The translations under genes and the position numbers were made by a program. From an uncultured archaeon (lineage in GTDB: Archaea; Altiarchaeota; Altiarchaeia; IMC4; SCGC-AAA252-I15), in contig CAZPLO010000013.1 in NCBI GenBank assembly GCA_964587725.1, positions 1 to 37,420 of the forward strand: a stretch of 37,420 bases of DNA. Reading direction: 5' to 3'. Position 1 is the first letter of the stretch. Each line of letters opens with the position of its first letter. Of this stretch, positions 1 to 9,274 are shown piece by piece. The notes under the pieces were generated by a model, which was given only the letters and a program-made list of their open reading frames with translations, ran no database searches and was not told where the DNA came from.

Positions 1-14
1 CAAGGAGGAATAAG

Positions 15-533
15 ATGAAAGTGGACAAGAACATGATGGTGCCGTTGGCGGTTCTGGTCATTGGGGCCGCAGCGATACTGTTGACGAACGGCAGTGGAGA
101 ACGAGAGGGACAGCAGGCGGCAGTGCAAGGGGATGTCGTATCCGACGCAGACGAACAGAACACCGTATCCGACCCGGGAACCATGGCGGAAGACGGAGTC
201 GTCAGGATACCGCTCTCCACAGTGTCCGAAGAAATGAAAGTCCACTCATACGACGCCGGCGGCACAGAGGTAAGGTACCTGGTTGTTTTGGGCGGCGACG
301 GCAGAGTCAGGACGGCCTTCGACGCCTGCGAGGTCTGCGGCGGAGCCAAGGGGTACGCGCAGTCCGGCGGCGACGTAGTATGCAGGAACTGCGGGAGACA
401 CTTCCTCATAGACGACCTCGGCACCGAAAACAGGGGCGGAGGCTGCTGGCCCGCCTACCTGCCGCACACCATAGAAGACGGCTACATAGTGGTCAGGGAA
501 TCGGGTTTGGAGTCTGGGAGACGGTTTTTTTAA
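15..533 (+). CDS. DUF2318 family membrane-anchored Fe-S/metal-binding protein
   Basis: N-terminal TM helix; AFDACEVC...GY...VVCRNCG...GGCWP motif set; SD GGAGG upstream. Confidence 0.8.
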   Translation: MKVDKNMMVPLAVLVIGAAAILLTNGSGEREGQQAAVQGDVVSDADEQNTVSDPGTMAEDGVVRIPLSTVSEEMKVHSYDAGGTEVRYLVVLGGDGRVRTAFDACEVCGGAKGYAQSGGDVVCRNCGRHFLIDDLGTENRGGGCWPAYLPHTIEDGYIVVRESGLESGRRFF

Positions 534-564
534 CTTAAATAGTCTTGTTCAAACGCTCTATACG

Positions 565-3000
565 ATGAGGAAAAGCTATAGAATCAGGGGTATGCACTGC
601 GCCAGCTGCGCCAAACTGATAGAGAAGGCTGTGAAGAAACTGGACGGCGTCGACGACGCCACGGTGAACTTCGCCGCGGAGAAGGCGTACGTGGACTACA
701 ACCCTGACGAAGTGGGGGAAGAGGATATTGTGGGTGAGATACGGGAGGCAGGCTATGACATAGAATCGGGCGGCAGGAAAACCGCCGTCAAGGTTTCCGG
801 CATGCACTGCGCCAGCTGCGCGAAGGTGGTGGAGAAGGCATTGGAGAAGACGGAAGGCGTCAGCGAAGCCAACGTCAACTTCGCCTCCGAAAAAGCCTCC
901 ATAACCTACGACCCCGACACGGTGGACTTCATCAGCCTCCGGGGGATAGTTGAGGGTGTCGGCTACGGACTGGAGGATGAGGAGTCGTCGGCTGAACTTG
1001 ATGAGGACAGCGACCTTCGGAGGCTGGAGGAGGCGAAGAAGATGGCGTATCTGGCGTGGGCGTTCACCATACCCATCATGGTGTGGATGATTCCGGAGAT
1101 GTTCTTCGGCGTCGCCTGGCCCAGCATGACCGTGTTCAACCTCGGCATGGTGGTGTTGGCGACGCCGGTGCTGTTCTACGTGGGCAAGACGACATACAAG
1201 TCCGCGTTGAGTTCGCTGAAGGCGGGGAGCGGGAACATGGACGTGTTGATAGCCATGGGCACGCTGTCCTCGTATGCGACGGGCGTAGCCACATTCTTCA
1301 CGCCCATACTCAACTACGCGGGCGTGTCGGCGATGATAATGAGCTTCCATTTGACCGGCAGGTACATCGAAGCCAGAGCCAAAGGCCGGGCTTCGGAGGC
1401 GATTAAGAAGCTGCTGCAGATGGAGGCCAAGACAGCCCGCATACTACGCGACGGAGAGGAAGTCGAAGTACATTTATCGGAGGTCAATGTGGGGGACGTC
1501 ATGGTCGTGCGGCCCGGCGAAAAGATACCCACCGACGGAACAGTCGTGGAGGGTGAGTCCTCCGTGGATGAGAGCATGGCCACCGGCGAATCGCTGCCTG
1601 TGACGAAGAAGAAGGGTGACGAGGTGATAGGCGCAACCGTCAACCAAAACGGCCTGCTGAAGGTGGAGGCGACTAAGGTGGGGAAGGACACGTTCCTGTC
1701 TCAGGTTATACGGATGGTGGAGGAGGCGCAGGGCACGAAGGTGCCGATACAGGAGTTCGCCGACAAGGTAACGGGCGTGTTCGTGCCCACAGTTGTCGCG
1801 ATAGCGGCGCTCACCTTCCTGCTGTGGATTATCGCACCGGACACGATGTCTGTGGTCGCAGGGTATGCGCAGCCGATTCTGCCGTGGGTGAACCTGAGCC
1901 ATGGGAGACTAACGCTGGCGGTGTTCGCGACGGTTGCGGTGTTCGTGATAGCGTGCCCGTGCGCCTTGGGCCTCGCAACCCCCACCGCGTTGATGGTGGG
2001 CACGGGCATGGGCGCGGAAAACGGAGTCCTCATACGACAGGGAAGCGCCATACAGGTTCTGAAGGATGTTAAAACAATAGTGTTCGACAAGACGGGAACC
2101 ATAACCAAGGGGAAGCCGGAGGTGACCGACGTCGTCGCAGCCGAAGGCTCCAATGAAGAGGACGTGCTGTCTCTCGCAGCCTCGGTGGAATCAGGCTCCG
2201 AACACCCCCTGGGGCAGGCGGTGGTGAACGCCGCCAAAGAACGGGACGTTGATGTTAAGGAAGCGTCCGATTTCAAGGCCGTCACCGGCCAGGGCGTGAC
2301 GGCCTCTGTCGACGGCGAAACAGCCTACGTGGGCAGCCGCAGGCTCATGGAGGAGGCAGGAGTGGAATTGACGTTGGAGGAGCGGCTCCGCGGACTCGAG
2401 TATGAGGCTAAGACCGCCGTGTTAGTTGCCCACGCAGGCACAGTGGTGGGCGTGATAGGCATAGCCGACACCCTCAAGGAAGACTCCATGGAGGCATTGA
2501 AGAGGCTGAGGGATATGGGGCTGGAAACAGCGATGATAACTGGCGACAACCAGAGGACTGCGGAAGCCATCGCCGAGAAAGTCGGCATAACGAGGGTGCT
2601 GGCGGAGGTGATGCCGGACGGTAAAGTGGACGAGATAAAACGCCTCCAGCAGGAGGGTTCGGTGGCTATGGTGGGGGACGGCATAAACGACGCCCCCGCA
2701 TTGACGCAGGCGGACGTAGGAATAGCCATCGGGACGGGAACGGACATAGCAATCGAGGCCGCGGACGTGACATTGGTGAGGGGGGACCTGGGTTCTGTTG
2801 TTACGGCGGTGAAACTCTCCAGGGCCACCTTCAACAAGATAAGGCAGAATTTGTTCTGGGCGTTCTTCTACAACGTCGTGGCTTTGCCTGCGGCGATACT
2901 GGGTCTGGCCCACCCCGTTATTGCGGAGATAGCGATGGCAACATCGTCCATCACGGTGGTGTCGAACGCGAACCTGCTGAAGAGGTCCAGGATACGGTAG
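565..3000 (+). CDS. copA: Cu(I)-translocating P1B-type ATPase
   Basis: Two GMHCASC HMA domains, [30 protein letters not shown] in TM7. Confidence 0.96.
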   Translation: MRKSYRIRGMHCASCAKLIEKAVKKLDGVDDATVNFAAEKAYVDYNPDEVGEEDIVGEIREAGYDIESGGRKTAVKVSGMHCASCAKVVEKALEKTEGVSEANVNFASEKASITYDPDTVDFISLRGIVEGVGYGLEDEESSAELDEDSDLRRLEEAKKMAYLAWAFTIPIMVWMIPEMFFGVAWPSMTVFNLGMVVLATPVLFYVGKTTYKSALSSLKAGSGNMDVLIAMGTLSSYATGVATFFTPILNYAGVSAMIMSFHLTGRYIEARAKGRASEAIKKLLQMEAKTARILRDGEEVEVHLSEVNVGDVMVVRPGEKIPTDGTVVEGESSVDESMATGESLPVTKKKGDEVIGATVNQNGLLKVEATKVGKDTFLSQVIRMVEEAQGTKVPIQEFADKVTGVFVPTVVAIAALTFLLWIIAPDTMSVVAGYAQPILPWVNLSHGRLTLAVFATVAVFVIACPCALGLATPTALMVGTGMGAENGVLIRQGSAIQVLKDVKTIVFDKTGTITKGKPEVTDVVAAEGSNEEDVLSLAASVESGSEHPLGQAVVNAAKERDVDVKEASDFKAVTGQGVTASVDGETAYVGSRRLMEEAGVELTLEERLRGLEYEAKTAVLVAHAGTVVGVIGIADTLKEDSMEALKRLRDMGLETAMITGDNQRTAEAIAEKVGITRVLAEVMPDGKVDEIKRLQQEGSVAMVGDGINDAPALTQADVGIAIGTGTDIAIEAADVTLVRGDLGSVVTAVKLSRATFNKIRQNLFWAFFYNVVALPAAILGLAHPVIAEIAMATSSITVVSNANLLKRSRIR

Positions 3001-3297
3001 TCAGCTTTCTTTTTCCGCCTGTTCCTGGCCTGTTCCGCGGGTGCAGTAGTACTCCCACCGCAGCGACAGTTTCTCGGTTATGGGGCAGCCGGCGCACATG
3101 CAGCCCTTCTCCTTTTTAATGATGTCGCTTTTGCCGGTGGCGCAGAACCCCAGCTCGGTCTCCCCTGTTCCCATGTAGGTGGGGCATTCGCCGCAGTAGT
3201 CTTTGCAGACCTTCTTGATCTCATCTATCTGCTTCTTCATCTCCTCGTCTGAGAGATCACTCATCTCCTTCATTTTTTCCTCGAATGCCCCGGCCAT
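3001..3297 (-). CDS. DUF2769 family Cys-rich protein
   Basis: CGECPTY, FCATGKS, CMCAGCP, YYCTRG; ATG overlaps the ferredoxin stop (TGATG). Confidence 0.75.
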   Translation of the reverse strand: MAGAFEEKMKEMSDLSDEEMKKQIDEIKKVCKDYCGECPTYMGTGETELGFCATGKSDIIKKEKGCMCAGCPITEKLSLRWEYYCTRGTGQEQAEKES

Positions 3298-3533
3298 CAC
3301 TCTTCACCTTCTTTGACGATGTGTATCACGTTCACCGGGCACGCCCCCATAGCGTCGGGGTTGCATCCCAGGCCGTCGTCCTTCAACTCTATCTCGTAGA
3401 GTCCGTCTTCCGCTTTTTTCGAGTTTTTCAGCGTCGTCTTGCCGTCGTCCGCCATCTGCCAGTACTCGGGGCATAGGCTCGCGCACGCACCGCATCCGAT
3501 GCATCCTTCCCTGTTCAAACGTACCTTAGCCAT
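3297..3533 (-). CDS. Single-cluster ferredoxin
   Basis: CIGCGACASLCP ... GACPVNVI. Confidence 0.9.
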   Translation of the reverse strand: MAKVRLNREGCIGCGACASLCPEYWQMADDGKTTLKNSKKAEDGLYEIELKDDGLGCNPDAMGACPVNVIHIVKEGEE

Positions 3534-3544
3534 GCTTTCACCGC

Positions 3545-3877
3545 CTATGCATTTTCTACATCATACCCGGCCTCCTGCCAGGCCTTCATGCCGCCTTCGA
3601 AGTCTACCACGTTGGTATACCCCATACCCCCCAGTTTCTTGGCGGCCGTGGGGGACGCCTGACAGTGGAAGCTAGCGCAATACACTACTACCTCCTGGCC
3701 CTTGTCCGGCAGCTGCTCCCTGGCGCGTTCCTCGAAGCCTTCTCCGCCGGGCACGCTTATGGAGCCGGGGATGTGGACCTGCCGGAACTGCTCCTCACTT
3801 AAAACGTTCACGACCTTGAAGCCGTCCCCTTCATCCATCTTCTTCTTCAGCTCTTCCGCCGTAATCGTCTCCGCCAT
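3545..3877 (-). CDS. Rhodanese-like domain protein
   Basis: HIPGS, VVVYCASFHC, FEGGMKAW; ATG at 3877 follows an AGGTGA SD. Confidence 0.9.
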   Translation of the reverse strand: MAETITAEELKKKMDEGDGFKVVNVLSEEQFRQVHIPGSISVPGGEGFEERAREQLPDKGQEVVVYCASFHCQASPTAAKKLGGMGYTNVVDFEGGMKAWQEAGYDVENA

Positions 3878-3878
3878 C

Positions 3879-4253
3879 TCACTCACCTATTTCTTTCACC
3901 GCCTCCCATGTGCCGTGCATGTTGCAGTGTTCAACAGCCCGCAGCGGGTGCAGATGGTCGAGCGTCACACGAAAAACCGCCTTCGGCGCCGTCCTAACCG
4001 ACGCGAAATCCACGCGGCCGAGGAAGGTGTGTCCGCTGTAGAGTTCTATGAACTGTATGAAGTGGTTGTGGTCGTTGGGGTGTTCCATGTACTCCCCCAC
4101 CTTCACCGTCACCTCGAATTCTTCGCCCGCCTCCGGCGTCCCGGACACCCCTATCACGGGAGTGTGCTTCTTCTCCAAGTCGTCCATGTCATCCGGTTTC
4201 TTGTCGCCTGCGGAGTTGACTCCGCAGAACAAATCCTCATCGCATTTCGTCAT
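3879..4253 (-). CDS. sor: Superoxide reductase (1Fe, neelaredoxin-type)
   Basis: EKKHTP, HPNDHNHFIQFIEL, HCNMHGTW. Confidence 0.92.
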   Translation of the reverse strand: MTKCDEDLFCGVNSAGDKKPDDMDDLEKKHTPVIGVSGTPEAGEEFEVTVKVGEYMEHPNDHNHFIQFIELYSGHTFLGRVDFASVRTAPKAVFRVTLDHLHPLRAVEHCNMHGTWEAVKEIGE

Positions 4254-4265
4254 CTCACTCACCCC

Positions 4266-4709
4266 TTACTTGCCCAATAACTGGCTCAGCTCCGAAACGT
4301 GCTCCTGCTCGTCTATGATGATGTGCCGTAGCATATGCTCCAGGGATTCGAACTCGTACTGGAGTTTGTCCTTGTTGTCCGCCGCCTTCTTGTAGATTTG
4401 CTTGTAGAAGTCGATGGCGTCCTTCTCGTCCTTCAGGTTAAGGTTGAGTATTCCTTCCACGCCGTCGGCGTCGTGAGCCTCCTTCATCGTCATCACCGGC
4501 ACCCCACCCAGGTACGCCCCGATCATCTCTCGGAACATGTCCTCGTGCTCTTTCTCGTCCCCGGCTATCTCCTTGATTCGGGCTATGACGGGTTCGGACT
4601 TCAAGCCCGCAATCTTCTCCGCGTGGGCGAGGTACTGTATCCGCGCCCTGTGCTCCAGCTCCAATGCAGTGTTCATCACCTCCACAAGCTCCTGTTTCAC
4701 GTCATCCAT
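4266..4709 (-). CDS. Ferritin-like diiron protein (bacterioferritin/rubrerythrin-like)
   Basis: E...Y, EKEH, EKDAIDFY, EQEH four-helix ligand pattern. Confidence 0.85.
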   Translation of the reverse strand: MDDVKQELVEVMNTALELEHRARIQYLAHAEKIAGLKSEPVIARIKEIAGDEKEHEDMFREMIGAYLGGVPVMTMKEAHDADGVEGILNLNLKDEKDAIDFYKQIYKKAADNKDKLQYEFESLEHMLRHIIIDEQEHVSELSQLLGK

Positions 4710-4711
4710 GT

Positions 4712-5221
4712 TCACTTCACCTTCTTTATCTTTTTAATCAATTCCCTGTTGAATGCGGGGAGGTCGCTGGGCTGCCTGGACGATAACCAGTTGCCGTCCA
4801 CCACGACCTCCTCGTCTAATACCTTGGCGCCGGCTGCGCGCAAATCATCCTGTATGCCGCGCCACGCCGTGCCCTTCCTGCCTTCCACGACGCCCGCTGA
4901 AATCATGGTTTGGACGCCGTGGCAGATGCTCGCCACCGGCTTGTCGTTTTCCATGAAATACTTCACCGTCTTGACTGCCGCCTGGTTCTGCCTTACGGTC
5001 TCCGGGCCTTTGCCGCCCGGCAGCACCAGCACATCGTATTTCTCCGGCTTCACGTCCTCGAACGCGAGATGCACTTCAGTCGAGTACCCGTGCTTCCCGG
5101 TTATGGTGCCTTTCTCTGTTGAGGCGACATCCACTTCCACGCCTTCCTCGAGCAGACGGTACAGTGGACACAGCAGTTCCGTGTCCTCGAACTGGTCCGC
5201 ACTCAACATCAACGCATTCAC
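4712..5221 (-). CDS. pfpI: PfpI/DJ-1 family protease/deglycase
   Basis: ADQFEDTE, LVLPGG, ICHG, SSRQPSDLPAF; GTG start overlaps the upstream stop (GTGA). Confidence 0.92.
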   Translation of the reverse strand: MNALMLSADQFEDTELLCPLYRLLEEGVEVDVASTEKGTITGKHGYSTEVHLAFEDVKPEKYDVLVLPGGKGPETVRQNQAAVKTVKYFMENDKPVASICHGVQTMISAGVVEGRKGTAWRGIQDDLRAAGAKVLDEEVVVDGNWLSSRQPSDLPAFNRELIKKIKKVK

Positions 5222-5493
5222 TGCTTGTACCTCTGGTCGAACCGCGTCCACGCCGAAGACGCCTTCGAACCCGCTTCGTCGAGGGCGGACAGCACCTTCT
5301 CCTTAATCTCCTTCGTGGTCACTTCGCCCGTCTTCTTCGCGGACTCGGTGACGTCCTTGACGGTCTTCTCAATCAGCTCCTTCTTCTCCTCAACGGACTC
5401 TCCGGCGTCGACCAACGCCTTCTTGATGGAATTCCTGATCTTATCTTCGCTGTATTCCTCCTGTTCCCCGCTTTCCTTCTTTACATTAAACAT
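5218..5493 (-). CDS. Stand-alone ATP-cone domain protein
   Basis: VKKESGEQEEYSEDKIRNSIKKA matches the ATP-cone N-terminus; VTTKEIKEKVL; SD GAGGTGA. Confidence 0.75.
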   Translation of the reverse strand: MFNVKKESGEQEEYSEDKIRNSIKKALVDAGESVEEKKELIEKTVKDVTESAKKTGEVTTKEIKEKVLSALDEAGSKASSAWTRFDQRYKQ

Positions 5494-5504
5494 TTTTCAT
5501 CACC

Positions 5505-6302
5505 TCATAGTTCCGTGTCGTTAACCAGTGTCGATCCTCCGCTGGAGCCCGCCAACTCCAACACCCTCTCCAGCGACACGACCTCTGGGTCGTATATGAC
5601 CCAGTGGGTGTCCTGCGACAGGCTGAAGCTCTTGGTAATTATTCCGGGCTCGTTACTCAGCAGCTGCCCGACATTGTTTGCGCAGCTCCTGCCGAAAAAG
5701 CTTATGTTGATGTAGGCCAGGTGATATCCTTCGTCGGCGTACCGGTCGAAGTAGCCGGTCACACGCAGCGTCGTGGTGGTGGGCAGCCGCAACGTGGTCG
5801 TGTTGCTCACCGTGTCGCCTATGGGCTCCAGTACGCAGGTGTTGTCCCTGCACACCGCCCTGGAGAAACATGATATGTGGTTGGATGTCGCCGGCATGCA
5901 CACTACGCCCCTGCACTCCTCCTCCAGCCGTCTCTTATACTCGTCCAAGTATTCCCTCGCTATTGCGGTGTTGGTGCCGCCGGCGGTGCAGCCGTTGCAG
6001 TCGCCCTTCGCCAGAACACAGTCGGAATCCAGTTCACAGTACTTCATCGGATCGAAGCCGAAGAACGTCGTGGTCGTCGCCTCCATCATCCCATACGTAG
6101 TGGAAGTAGGCTCCACACGAGGCTCAGATGCAGTCGTGGTGGTCTCCAATGGCGTTTCAGACGCTGGCATAGCCCATATAAGGTAGATTACAGCCAACCC
6201 AATCAGGAATACGGCAATATGCCAGGGTTTAACGCCCGTGGAGACAGAATCCTGTTTTCCAGTGTTTTCAGAGCCCTCAGATGGTGTTTCGTCCTGCGCC
6301 AA
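5505..6302 (-). CDS. Membrane-anchored Cys-rich protein with Thr-rich linkers and a degenerate C-terminal HMA-like domain
   Basis: TM PWHIAVFLIGLAVIYLIW, TTTT linkers, 9-Cys domain, GRSCANNV...VIYDPEVVSLERV; TTG start after GGAGG. Confidence 0.7.
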   Translation of the reverse strand: MAQDETPSEGSENTGKQDSVSTGVKPWHIAVFLIGLAVIYLIWAMPASETPLETTTTASEPRVEPTSTTYGMMEATTTTFFGFDPMKYCELDSDCVLAKGDCNGCTAGGTNTAIAREYLDEYKRRLEEECRGVVCMPATSNHISCFSRAVCRDNTCVLEPIGDTVSNTTTLRLPTTTTLRVTGYFDRYADEGYHLAYINISFFGRSCANNVGQLLSNEPGIITKSFSLSQDTHWVIYDPEVVSLERVLELAGSSGGSTLVNDTEL

Positions 6303-6344
6303 ATGTCCTCCACTAATGTGTTATACATGAGGGTTTAAAAGCTT

Positions 6345-6425
6345 TCAGTACACCATCCTGTAGAGCAGTATAATGGCTATTAAGGCAGCCAGAAGCAGTA
6401 TCCAGACCGCCACAGCCCTCCACAC
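6345..6425 (-). CDS. Putative 26-aa single-TM microprotein
   Basis: GTG start; VWRAVAVWILLLAALIAIILLYRMVY fills the gap after the LigD-PE gene; weak RBS. Confidence 0.35.
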   Translation of the reverse strand: MWRAVAVWILLLAALIAIILLYRMVY

Positions 6426-6441
6426 CGCCTTTCAACCGCAT

Positions 6442-7002
6442 TCAACCCTCCTGTTCCCGTATCTCATCCAACGACCTGCCCGTCAGCGCCGAATCCGGTT
6501 CCGTGCTCACCGGATTCCTCCTCGCGTCGGCTTCATCGTCTTTCGTCTTCACCATAATCCAGTGCCGCTGTTTGGGCCGGGTGAGGGTCAACGCGTACCC
6601 TCCCTTCAGTTTCCTCCCGTCCAGCCACACCTTGATGTGGCCGTTCTCCAAACCTTTCGAAACGCTCTCTTCGTTGAGGTTTTTATATTCGCCGGTGTCC
6701 CACACCATCACCGTCCCCGCGCCGTACTCGCCCTCAGGGATAGTGCCCTCGAATCCGGCGTAGTCGAGGGGGTGGTCTTCCGTCATTATCGCAAGTCTTT
6801 TCACGCCGGGGTCGGTGGACGGACCCTTAGGAATCGCCCACGACTTCAGCACGCCGTCCACCGCCAACCGGAAGTCATAATGCAGGTGGCTGGCGTCGTG
6901 CTTCTGAATCACAAAAACGCCCCCCTTGTCTGTTCCGCCGGACGGCTCCGGCGTCTTCCGGAAATCCCGTTTCTCCTCGTAGTCTTTGAGTTTGTCGCTC
7001 AC
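6442..7002 (-). CDS. Stand-alone LigD 3'-phosphoesterase (PE) domain protein
   Basis: KRDFRKTPEP, FVIQKHDASHLHYDFRL, SWAIPKG, EDHPLDY, FEGTIPEGEYGAG; GTGA overlap with the DUF72 stop. Confidence 0.92.
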   Translation of the reverse strand: MSDKLKDYEEKRDFRKTPEPSGGTDKGGVFVIQKHDASHLHYDFRLAVDGVLKSWAIPKGPSTDPGVKRLAIMTEDHPLDYAGFEGTIPEGEYGAGTVMVWDTGEYKNLNEESVSKGLENGHIKVWLDGRKLKGGYALTLTRPKQRHWIMVKTKDDEADARRNPVSTEPDSALTGRSLDEIREQEG

Positions 7003-7718
7003 TCTAGCATCCCCTCCAATGTTCTCGCGTTCTCCACCGCGTAGGCGTTGGCGTCGTTGTTGAAGTACGCGTACACGCGGTCGCATCCCGCATCCCTTAT
7101 TTTCTTGCCGTACTGTTTGAGTTCCTTATCGGAGTAGCTTTTATTATAGCTTCCGCCGTGGAACCGGAAGTACCCCACCCGGTGTGTGACTACGGTTTCC
7201 TCGGGCATGCCGAGACCGGACACGGTCACGAAAGCGGTTTTATGGTCCTCCAGCAGCCGGTATACTTCGTCATCCCACCAGCTGTGGTGTCGGAATTCGA
7301 CCGCGTTGTCTCGGCGGCCGTCCAAAGAATGCAGAAAGTCTTTAAGCCGGCTCATGTTCTCTTCAGTTCTTTTGAAAGACGGCGGCAGCTGGAACAAATG
7401 ACAGCCCTTTTTCCTGCCGAGCAGGCTGGTGAGTTCGTACAGGCCCTTCACCTTCACGCCGACGTCGTGCAATTTCTTCACGTGGGTTATGGTCCGCGGC
7501 GCCTTTATCGTGTACTTGAAGCCCTTGGGCGCCACCCACTCCCAGTTGCGGAGGGTCTTCTCCCTGGGCCAGTGGTAGAAGCTGTAGTTCACCTCCACGG
7601 TGTCGAACCGTTCGCTGTAGTATCCGAACCAGTGCTTCCTAGGCAGCCCCTCCGGGTAGAACCGCTTCATCCAGTGGCGGTAATTCCAGCCGGAAGCCCC
7701 CACCAGATACTCAACCAT
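6999..7718 (-). CDS. DUF72 (YecE) family protein
   Basis: GASGWNY, TVEVNYSFY, KAPRTITH, FQLPPSF, EFRHHSW, RFHG, YFNND. Confidence 0.93.
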   Translation of the reverse strand: MVEYLVGASGWNYRHWMKRFYPEGLPRKHWFGYYSERFDTVEVNYSFYHWPREKTLRNWEWVAPKGFKYTIKAPRTITHVKKLHDVGVKVKGLYELTSLLGRKKGCHLFQLPPSFKRTEENMSRLKDFLHSLDGRRDNAVEFRHHSWWDDEVYRLLEDHKTAFVTVSGLGMPEETVVTHRVGYFRFHGGSYNKSYSDKELKQYGKKIRDAGCDRVYAYFNNDANAYAVENARTLEGMLE

Positions 7719-8214
7719 GGTATGCCTCCGCAAACTCTTTCACGTCCTTTTTGAACCGTTCCTCCATCTCAGGAAACCTCATAGCAGCAGCCGGGTGATA
7801 GGTTTCAACATACCGTATGCCGTCTAGTCGCGAGGTCTCCCACGCCACCCTACCCATCAACAGCACATGCTTCGGCGTTATCTCCTCAAGCTGCCTCCGT
7901 AGAAAAGGCATGCACGCTTTTATCTCGTCCTTCCTCTGCTTCCTATTATTCGGCGTCTTGTGCTTCACCACCGACGTGATGTAAAGTTCGCCCCGGTCCA
8001 TGCCGTATTCCTCCAACACGGAGTCCAGGTACTCACCCGCCCTACCGACGAACGGCCGGCCCGTCTCATCCTCCTTCGAACAGGGGTTCTGCCCCACCAA
8101 CATTGCGTCCGCGTCCACGGGACCCTCTCCCGGCACCGCCTCATGGGCTGTCTTCCACAATCTGCAGCGCCTGCACGCCCTTATTTCACGGTACAGTTCA
8201 TCCATTCCTCCCAT
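7711..8214 (-). CDS. udg: Uracil-DNA glycosylase family 4
   Basis: CRRC, VPGEG, GQNP, GRPFVGRAG, YHPAA; start may be 8205. Confidence 0.88.
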   Translation of the reverse strand: MGGMDELYREIRACRRCRLWKTAHEAVPGEGPVDADAMLVGQNPCSKEDETGRPFVGRAGEYLDSVLEEYGMDRGELYITSVVKHKTPNNRKQRKDEIKACMPFLRRQLEEITPKHVLLMGRVAWETSRLDGIRYVETYHPAAAMRFPEMEERFKKDVKEFAEAYHG

Positions 8215-8449
8215 ATGTGCAGGTCAGCTCCGCCGCGTCCACGAGGGTGTCGTGGAGGGGGATGTTCCACGCCAGCCAGTGAGTCCACGTGCCCTTCCTG
8301 GAGTCCACGTCCTCCATGTGGAGGGCGAGGGAGACGGCGCCGTCGGGTATGTCTTCTATGGTCAGCGACGGGTTCACGTCTTCTCCGTCGCACGTGTATC
8401 TCTCGGGTATCCTGCCTCCGCTGGGGAAGGCGCAGCTTATCAGTTTCAT
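8198..8449 (-). pseudogene. YbhB/YbcL (PEBP) family gene with a large in-frame internal deletion
   Basis: IPERYTCDGEDVNP, EDVDS, WTHWLAWNIP, then directly the C-terminal AELTCTYGR; GY.GP.PP and HRY motifs absent; only 83 aa. Confidence 0.65.
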
Positions 8450-9273
8450 CGTTCGAACTCCGCGAACGGCGGAACAATGATTCGGCCGCCGTCGCCTATC
8501 GAGTCTATCCTCTCCATTTCATCCTCCGACAGTTCGAAGTCGAACACTTTCATGTCCTCCGACGCGTGCTCCACCGAACTGGACTTGGGGATTACCACAG
8601 TGTCCTTCTGCAGCAGCCACCGCAGTGAAACCTGCGCGGGGGATTTGCCGTGTTTCTCACCTATCTCCTTTAATGTGGGGTTGTCCATCACATCCCCCCT
8701 CGCCAGGGGACTGTATGATTCGACAACGACGTCTTTACCCACACAGTATTCGAGCAGCCTCCGCTGGTAGAGGCCGGGGTGGAACTCCACCTGATTCAAT
8801 GTGACGTCGAGGCCCAGTTCCTCGCATGCAGGCAGATTCTGTTCCAGGTGCTTCACTGTGAAGTTGCTGACCCCCGCATACCGTATTCTGCCGCCGTCGA
8901 CGAGCTCCTTGAATGCCTTGAAGGTGCCTTTCATGTCCATGGTGCTGTCCGGCCAGTGTATCATGTATAGGTCGAGGTAGTCGGTGCCCAGCCGCCTCAG
9001 GCTGCCTTCGCACGCCCTCAACGTTTTGTCGTAGCCGAGGTTGCTCTGCCACACCTTAGAGGCTATGAACAGTTCCCCCCGGTCGAAGCCTTCTATGCCG
9101 TCGCGTATCTCCTCCTCGTTCCCGTACATTTCCGCAGTGTCAAAATGGCGGTACCCCATCTCCAAAGCCTTCGAAACCATTTTGACGCACGCGTCGCCTG
9201 TCAACTGCCAAGTACCCAAGCCCAAGACGGGGATTTCAACCCCGTTGCTCAACTTCTTGCCGGGTATGTCCAT
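8446..9273 (-). CDS. Aldo/keto reductase (2,5-DKG reductase-like)
   Basis: LGLGTW, DTAEMY, DLYMIHWP, GVSNF, NQVEFHP, IPKS. Confidence 0.95.
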   Translation of the reverse strand: MDIPGKKLSNGVEIPVLGLGTWQLTGDACVKMVSKALEMGYRHFDTAEMYGNEEEIRDGIEGFDRGELFIASKVWQSNLGYDKTLRACEGSLRRLGTDYLDLYMIHWPDSTMDMKGTFKAFKELVDGGRIRYAGVSNFTVKHLEQNLPACEELGLDVTLNQVEFHPGLYQRRLLEYCVGKDVVVESYSPLARGDVMDNPTLKEIGEKHGKSPAQVSLRWLLQKDTVVIPKSSSVEHASEDMKVFDFELSEDEMERIDSIGDGGRIIVPPFAEFER

Positions 9274-9274
9274 T

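Noticed and set aside
580-930. Nucleotide repeat ATGCACTGCGCCAGCTGCGC
   Set aside because: Explained by the tandem HMA domains of CopA.
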